The notes beneath the pieces are model-generated. The model did not search any database, was not told where the DNA came from, and saw only the letters and a list, made by a program, of their open reading frames with translations. A stretch of DNA of 64,000 nucleotides, from contig JAHFLT010000001.1 of the NCBI GenBank assembly GCA_023264635.1, positions 35,307 through 99,306 on the forward strand. The letters are read 5' to 3'. This stretch comes from Candidatus Woesearchaeota archaeon (GTDB lineage: Archaea > Nanobdellota > Nanobdellia > Woesearchaeales > JAGVYF01). A program made the translations under genes and the position numbers. Below are positions 58,122 to 64,000 of the stretch, one piece after another. The stretch's first letter is position 1. Each line of letters opens with the position of its first letter.

Positions 58122-59360
58122 ATGTTCCGCTTCGCCCATCTTGCAGACATTCATATAGGTGGATGGAGGGATCCTAAGATGAAGGACCTCTCCACGCAAG
58201 CGTTTGGTGCAGCAGTTGACAGAATCATTGCTGAAAAATTAGATTTCATGCTCATCTCCGGAGATATTTTTAATACAGCTCTACCTGCTATAGATAAAGT
58301 AAAAGAAGTCACGAAAAAATTAAAGGAGGTGAAAGATGCAGGAATCCCAGTGTATATAATCGCTGGGTCTCATGATTTCTCCCCTTCGGGAAAGACCATG
58401 CTGGATGTGTTAGAACATGCTGGTTTGTGGAAAAATGTTGTTCGGGGAGAAGTGGTTGACGGTTTGCTGACGTTGTCTTTTACCGTCGATCAAAAAACCG
58501 GTGCAAAGATTACAGGCATGTTAGGCAAGAAAGGGATGCTTGATCGGGCTTACTATGAAAATCTGCAGCGCCAGAATCTAGAAGCTGAATCGGGGTATAA
58601 GATTTTCATGTTCCATACTGCGCTCTCTGAGTTCAAGCCAAAGGATATGGAGATGATGGAGGCGCATCCCCTTAGTTTATTGCCAAAGGGTTTTAATTAT
58701 TATGCAGGCGGACATGTGCACTACATCTTTTCTAAACATGAGCAGGAGTATGGATTCATTGCGTATCCAGGTCCGCTTTTCCCAAATAACTTTGCAGAAC
58801 TAGAAAAGCTTACATGTGGAGGATTCAACATAGTTACCGTAGATGGAGACAAGACGACGCTGGAATATGTTGCACTGCAATTGCATCCCTGTCTAAGCAT
58901 CAGTATTAGTGCGCAGCATAAAACACCTGCAGAAGTGACAGATGAGTTATATGCAGAATTAGCAAAGCATAATCTTGAGAATGCGCTTGTGACAATACGT
59001 GTTGAGGGTGTGTTGTCACAAGGAAAGCCGGGAGCAATACAATTTGAGTCAATCTTTGACGGACTCTACAGGAGAAATGCTTATTTTGTGATGAAGAACA
59101 CAGCCAAGCTCACTGCAGTTGAGTTCGATGAGATAAAAGGTGATGCCCAGCAGGTGGATGATGTTGAGGAGAAAGTGATTTCACAGCATGTCGGAAAAAA
59201 TTCGCTCTTCTCTGCTGAGGAAGAGAAAAAGTTAGTGCTTTCGTTGCTTCAGGCATTATCTATGGAGAAAGGAGACGGTGAACGTACAAGTGATTTTGAA
59301 GAACGTCTCATCAAAGATGCAGAAAAGATATTGCTTATGAATAGACTATCCATTCATTAA
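58122..59360 (+). CDS. mre11: Mre11/SbcD-family metallophosphoesterase nuclease
   Basis: Phosphoesterase motifs I-V (HLADIHIG, GDIFN, GSHD, FHTAL, GGHVHY). 412 aa. Confidence 0.68.
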   Translation: MFRFAHLADIHIGGWRDPKMKDLSTQAFGAAVDRIIAEKLDFMLISGDIFNTALPAIDKVKEVTKKLKEVKDAGIPVYIIAGSHDFSPSGKTMLDVLEHAGLWKNVVRGEVVDGLLTLSFTVDQKTGAKITGMLGKKGMLDRAYYENLQRQNLEAESGYKIFMFHTALSEFKPKDMEMMEAHPLSLLPKGFNYYAGGHVHYIFSKHEQEYGFIAYPGPLFPNNFAELEKLTCGGFNIVTVDGDKTTLEYVALQLHPCLSISISAQHKTPAEVTDELYAELAKHNLENALVTIRVEGVLSQGKPGAIQFESIFDGLYRRNAYFVMKNTAKLTAVEFDEIKGDAQQVDDVEEKVISQHVGKNSLFSAEEEKKLVLSLLQALSMEKGDGERTSDFEERLIKDAEKILLMNRLSIH

Positions 59361-59390
59361 TTTTAAAAATACACTTATCTTCACTCGTCT

Positions 59391-59852
59391 ATGTCAAAGA
59401 AACTTCCAGGAGAAGACTTGGAGCTCATACTTGCTGAATATGACAGTCTCTTACTGGGTGATGTGTATGACATCGCTGTGAAACAAGAGGAACGTGGTAA
59501 TTCCGGATTAGCATTGAAGATATATGAATATGCTGTTAAGCGATTTAAGGTATCATGTAATGATACGACCTATGAAAGATATATGGGTGCTGTTATGTAT
59601 ACTGCACTTGGAAAGTTGTACTTTTTCAAAGAAGAGTATGATACTGCAGAAGTAGCATTATACAAAGCAGGCGAATTAAATGCGGGTAATCTTGAAGCCT
59701 TTTATTGGGAAGCGGAAATCTGTGCTGCCAAAGGGTTTATTGATAACGCAAAAACACTTTTTCGGCTTGTTCTCGAAAAAAGCAATAACAGTACGTTGAT
59801 AGCTCAAACACAACGTCGCTTAAATGATTTTGAAAAGAAAGTTATCAACTAA
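59391..59852 (+). CDS. TPR-repeat protein
   Basis: 153 aa. Tetratricopeptide-like helical repeats. Confidence 0.45.
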   Translation: MSKKLPGEDLELILAEYDSLLLGDVYDIAVKQEERGNSGLALKIYEYAVKRFKVSCNDTTYERYMGAVMYTALGKLYFFKEEYDTAEVALYKAGELNAGNLEAFYWEAEICAAKGFIDNAKTLFRLVLEKSNNSTLIAQTQRRLNDFEKKVIN

Positions 59853-59866
59853 TGGAAAGTCATTGA

Positions 59867-61162
59867 CTAAGGCGTCTTCCTCAGCATCGTTCTCGGAAAT
59901 GGAATTGCATCCTTAATGTTGTCCAATCCGCATACCCATGCAATGACTCTTTCAACTCCAAGCCCGAATCCTCCATGCGGAACACTCCCATATTTCCTTG
60001 TGTCAAGATAAAATAGGTACTGATTTGGATCTTCTCCCTGTTCCCTCAGTCTTTTCTCTATTTGCGTGATATCTGATTCTCTTTCGCTGCCGCCAATGAT
60101 TTCACCATAACACTCCGGCGCAATAAAATCACATCCATGCACGACGGTAGGATTTTTTGAATCTTCCTTCATGTAAAATGCTTTGACTGCTTTGGGATAA
60201 TTTGTTACTATTATTGGCGTATCAAACATTTTTGAAAGCTCATCTTCCTCGATAGTCCTCAAATCTTTACCCCATTCTATTTCTATCTTGCATTTGTCTT
60301 TGAGTATATTGAGCACCTCATCATAAGTCATTCTAACAAAAGATTTTTTAACAGCAGACTCTAATTTTTTTATGTCCCTCTTTAGTATCCTGAGCTCATC
60401 CTGATTTTTCTCCAGCACTCTTCCGACTATGCATTTTAAAAGCCCTTCTCCATAATTTTGTATATCATCAAATGTAGCCCAGGCAGCTTCCATTTCTGCA
60501 TGCCAGTATTCTGTCAAATGTCTTGATGTTTTCGATTTCTCTGCCCTGAAACTTGGTGCAATAGTGTATATTTTTTCCAGTGCAAATATTGCTGGTTCTG
60601 CGTACAGCTGCCATGTCTGCGCCAGGAAAACATCTTTTTGACCAAAGTAATCCACTTTGAACAAAGTTGAACCACCTTCACATTGGACTGATTGGAATAG
60701 GGGAGAATGATATTCATAGAACCCATTCTCTCTGAAATAGTCGTGTATTGCACCAAAAACAGTGCTTCTTATCTTAAGTATTGCCGTCATCTTTCTGCTT
60801 CTTAACCATAGATGTCTCATATCTGCCAAAAATTCAATTGATTGGTCCTTTGTAATGGGAAACTCGTGACTTTCACCTATTATTTCTAAATCAGTAATAT
60901 CAATCTCATACTCAGAAGGCGCACGTTTTTCTGGTCGAATTGTGCCATGCACGATGACGCTTGCTTCAATAGTGGCACGTTGTATTGCATCCTCCCAAAG
61001 CCTTTGCGGCACTTTATCTTTCTCGACAATGCATTGGATTATATTGGTACTGTCTCTTACGATGATGAATGCAAACTGATTGCTCTTCCTTTCCCGGTGA
61101 ACCCAACCGCGAATAGAGACTTGACCAGTTCCTTGCTCCATCGCTTCTTTAATAGACATCAT
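59867..61162 (-). CDS. asnS: Asparaginyl-tRNA synthetase (class IIb)
   Basis: 431 aa. N-terminal OB anticodon-binding domain. FRAEKSKTSRHLTEYWHAEME closely matches the AsnRS motif FRAENSNTSRHLAEFW. GLGVERV motif 3. Confidence 0.7.
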   Translation of the reverse strand: MMSIKEAMEQGTGQVSIRGWVHRERKSNQFAFIIVRDSTNIIQCIVEKDKVPQRLWEDAIQRATIEASVIVHGTIRPEKRAPSEYEIDITDLEIIGESHEFPITKDQSIEFLADMRHLWLRSRKMTAILKIRSTVFGAIHDYFRENGFYEYHSPLFQSVQCEGGSTLFKVDYFGQKDVFLAQTWQLYAEPAIFALEKIYTIAPSFRAEKSKTSRHLTEYWHAEMEAAWATFDDIQNYGEGLLKCIVGRVLEKNQDELRILKRDIKKLESAVKKSFVRMTYDEVLNILKDKCKIEIEWGKDLRTIEEDELSKMFDTPIIVTNYPKAVKAFYMKEDSKNPTVVHGCDFIAPECYGEIIGGSERESDITQIEKRLREQGEDPNQYLFYLDTRKYGSVPHGGFGLGVERVIAWVCGLDNIKDAIPFPRTMLRKTP

Positions 61163-61196
61163 GTTACAGCGGAAGTGCTACTGCGGTTTATAAAAT

Positions 61197-61589
61197 TTAG
61201 CTGCGTGTATAACAGGAACTCTTTTTTGTCATCTTATAATCCATAACAGCATTTATCAGAAGGACACCAGCTCCACCATATAACATGGGAGAATATTCAC
61301 CTATATACCGTGCACTAAAAACAGAAAACGATGCAAGCAACCCTACAAAGAGATATCTTTTCTTACCATGCTTTCGTGCATTGACATAAAGTCCAGCTAT
61401 ACCTATACCAAGTAAAAGTAGTGTGAGCCATTTTAGTAGTGTGAAATTGACAAGAAATCCCAATCCAATGGCAGAGAATAATGCGCCTACTGCTGGAACG
61501 CAGGCAGGACAGGCTACGCTAAAGAAAGACCCTAAACTGCTCCCTATTCCACCAACACCACTATATAAAAAAGTAAGCTTTTCTTTCAT
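61197..61589 (-). CDS. Four-transmembrane-helix membrane protein with intramembrane CPAC motif
   Basis: GVGGIGSSLGSFFSVACPACVPAVGALFSAIG. 130 aa. 4-bp overlap with upstream small gene. Confidence 0.45.
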   Translation of the reverse strand: MKEKLTFLYSGVGGIGSSLGSFFSVACPACVPAVGALFSAIGLGFLVNFTLLKWLTLLLLGIGIAGLYVNARKHGKKRYLFVGLLASFSVFSARYIGEYSPMLYGGAGVLLINAVMDYKMTKKSSCYTRS

Positions 61590-61777
61590 TGGTTGTTACC
61601 TCCATGTGCTGTCGGACATTTTCTGTCTCCATAATCGCAAAAGACACAACAACTCTTTTGTGCTGCAATGATTTTTTTGCATCCTTCGCAACGATAAAAT
61701 GCCTGACAACTTGATGTTGGTGTCTCCATTTTCTGTTTATGCCCACATTCAGGACAGGTTATTTTACCAGTAGTCAT
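61586..61777 (-). CDS. Small Cys-rich metal-binding protein (multiple CxxC)
   Basis: 63 aa with CPECG, CEGC and CCVFC...C clusters. Confidence 0.4.
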   Translation of the reverse strand: MTTGKITCPECGHKQKMETPTSSCQAFYRCEGCKKIIAAQKSCCVFCDYGDRKCPTAHGGNNQ

Positions 61778-61795
61778 ACTACGTCTCCTTGATTT

Positions 61796-62158
61796 TTACT
61801 CATATTGCTCAGCCCATTGACTTAGTGGGATAATCACACTATAGAGTGTGCTTCCTTTTTCGGTGAGAGAGTATTCGACACGCGGTGGTCTTTCCATGAA
61901 AACTGTCCGTTTGATGAGATACTGCTTTCCAAGTTCATTTAACCTTTCGGATAACATCTTAGGACTAATGCCTTCAACTTTGTCCAAAATGCCATTAAAA
62001 CGGAGTGTAGTAAAGTTACCAATCGTTACTAAAATTGATAATGTCCATTTTTTGCTAAGGAATGCTGTTGCGCATTCCAATGGGCGTGGACAATAACCTT
62101 TCCCTTTCATCTTGCAGCCTTGCGGCAAAACCTCTTTTGTTGTTGTTTTACTTACCAT
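61796..62158 (-). CDS. HxlR-family winged-helix transcriptional regulator
   Basis: CPRPLECATAFLSKKWTLSIL...PPRVEYSLTEKG is the HxlR signature layout. Confidence 0.7.
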   Translation of the reverse strand: MVSKTTTKEVLPQGCKMKGKGYCPRPLECATAFLSKKWTLSILVTIGNFTTLRFNGILDKVEGISPKMLSERLNELGKQYLIKRTVFMERPPRVEYSLTEKGSTLYSVIIPLSQWAEQYE

Positions 62159-62453
62159 TTTGAAACTGTCTCCTTTAAATAATATGGATAATTTACTAAG
62201 TATATATTAGTAAGTATTAAAATCTTTCGGAGGTGAAAAATATGCCAAAAACAAAATCACGTTGTTGTGCAAGTGGAGTCTGTCCCTGTTGTCCATGCTG
62301 CATTTGCACGAAGAAATTAAGTCCACAAGCACGACAACTACTCAGTGAGGATAGAGAATAGAGGAAAGAAAATTTTGGTTCCTCCGCTATAATTTCTTTT
62401 TTTCTCTTCTCTTAAAGAAAAACTTTAATAAGACGGCATCCCTCTTTTCTCTA

Positions 62454-62819
62454 ATGAACTTGCAAGATCTGGTGAAAATCACAGGGTTACCTGTTTTTAT
62501 TGCATCTTTATGTTGCTTAAGTTCAGTTATTTTAGTTTTATTTGGGTTAAGCACAGTGAGTTTTGCAGCGTCGCTTGCAGATACATTTTATGGTTCTTAC
62601 AGATGGCTCTTTCGCAGCGTAGGGCTGCTTTTGCTGGGTTTGAGTTTAGTAGTATACTTCCGTCAAAAGGGGATTTGTACACTAGACGAGGCGAAAAGAA
62701 GAAAAAAGATGATTATTAACACGATAATCATTAGTTTGATTACTGCTCTTGTTGGGTATCTGTTTTTTCTTTACGTTGTTGTGGAATATCTTGGTATCAT
62801 TTTTCATATCTGGGGGTGA
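62454..62819 (+). CDS. MerT-like small membrane protein (vicinal Cys pair in first transmembrane helix)
   Basis: 121 aa. FIASLCCLSSVILVLFGL resembles the MerT ILASACCLGPLVLIALG. Cytoplasmic-loop Cys (GICT). Confidence 0.4.
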   Translation: MNLQDLVKITGLPVFIASLCCLSSVILVLFGLSTVSFAASLADTFYGSYRWLFRSVGLLLLGLSLVVYFRQKGICTLDEAKRRKKMIINTIIISLITALVGYLFFLYVVVEYLGIIFHIWG

Positions 62820-62823
62820 ATAC

Positions 62824-63887
62824 CTATCTGGTGGTGAAGATCACCTTCTTTGTGTACTCCCATGCAAGCTTCCACTTGGGCAATAAACCAACGATTTTGA
62901 ATAGATAGATTGTTCTCTTCAACCACCATGCAAAGAACCCGAAAAAAGTAAAACCATTTATTTCTCCCACACCACAGAATTGACCAGCAGAAAGCAAAAA
63001 TCCTCTGCACCGGAATGAAAAAGGCACAAGTGGTTTTCTCTCTACTACTCTGATAATATTTATTGCTACCACTCTTGCCTGTTGTTCAGCAGTTTGTGCA
63101 ATTTTTGGTGCAAAAGTTGCAGCACAATCTCCTAAGGAAAAGACATTTTCTGCAGTTTTTACACGTAAATTTTTGTCAACAAGAACCTCGCCACTGATGG
63201 TGGTGATAGACATATCTGTAGGTGGTAACTCTTGTTTTACTCCTGTACACCAAATAAGGTAATCCACTCCTTTGGGTGGCGTATCCCAATGGGCATTGAC
63301 TATTATGTTGATTTTTCTTTTTTTCAAACAGTTTTCTACACTGTGTCGAAAGTTGGAAGAGGCTGTTGGCAAAATTGTGGGAGCCCCTTGGTAAATGGTT
63401 ACCTGGAACTTATTGGCTAATTCAGCTGCTAATTCCACTCCAGTTGCACCACCACCTAAGATGCCGATATGTGCAGAATGCGGAAGTACAGCTAATTCTT
63501 TTCTGATGTGTAATGCATCAGCAAGTGATTTCAATGTCACTTTTCCCGTTTCCCGCGCTTTTGCACCTAATGCAATAACTAAAATATCATAAGATATTGT
63601 CTGATTTCGCAGAGTAACTGTTTTGTTTTTTAGAGAGATATTACCTATTGACTCCTGAATAAATACATAATTTGTGAGAGAGAGAGCAAGGTGTGTAATC
63701 CTACTTGTATTACTTCTGGATCAATAATGCCCACAGCAACTTCATGAAGCAATGGAGAAAAAATAAAGGTTGGCTGCTTAGCAATAAGCGTTAGTGTATG
63801 TTCGGGGTGTCTTTTTAGATATGGTTGTAATCTTTTTGCTGTGTACACTGCTCCAAAACCGCCACCGAGTATAACAACATGGACCAT
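62824..63887 (-). pseudogene. Type II NADH dehydrogenase / SQR-family flavoprotein, interrupted by a frameshift at a (GA)n run
   Basis: N-terminal ORF 63645..63887 has VVILGGGFGAV FAD motif and FIFSPLL. A second frame continues NYVFIQESIG...YDILVIALGA...ILGGGATGVELA...GDCA to 62824. Frames change at GAGAGAGAGAG (about 63676-63686). Confidence 0.55.
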
Positions 63888-64000
63888 GGAATATATTTAG
63901 GGAAGAACTTTTCTGACAGTGATTAAAGAGTAATTGCTTATATAGCAAAGAAATAATTTTATAATTAAACAAAATATTTAAAAATAGGTAAAAGAAACAA

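Noticed and set aside
1-64000. CRISPR arrays and rRNA genes
   Set aside because: No regularly spaced short direct repeats. No GC-rich rRNA-like segments or conserved 16S/23S motifs.

Overview
This window looks like an archaeal chromosomal segment, moderately AT-rich, of uncertain lineage. It carries archaeal/eukaryotic-type GlyRS, EF-1alpha followed by uS10, uS15, Bud32, diphthine synthase and two intron-containing tRNAs. Mostly core genes. These include gatB-gatC-gatA, ftsZ, purQ plus a purS-purS-purL fusion, an aconitase-family protein, an acyl-CoA dehydrogenase, asnS, xth, an Mre11-family nuclease, a P-type ATPase and a MoxR-VWA pair. Many uncharacterized secreted, membrane and zinc-ribbon proteins are interspersed. 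The clearest non-core signals are two. One is an intact roughly 1.2 kb IS element with a DDE transposase, terminal inverted repeats and a 10-bp target duplication. The other is five short non-autonomous derivatives (MITE-like, two terminal-repeat subtypes plus hybrids), four of which sit 45-55 bp upstream of gene starts. Other observations worth a second look are two divergent soluble LonB-like ATPase-proteases with large insertions between Walker A and B, a Cys-rich HxlR-regulated membrane module next to a MerT-like protein, and frameshifted ogt and NDH-2 genes. Also of note are a tRNA-Phe with an insertion at a non-canonical position, a GlyRS-SSB-membrane-protein operon, and a repeated 19-mer hairpin motif upstream of two genes. 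No CRISPR array or rRNA was found.
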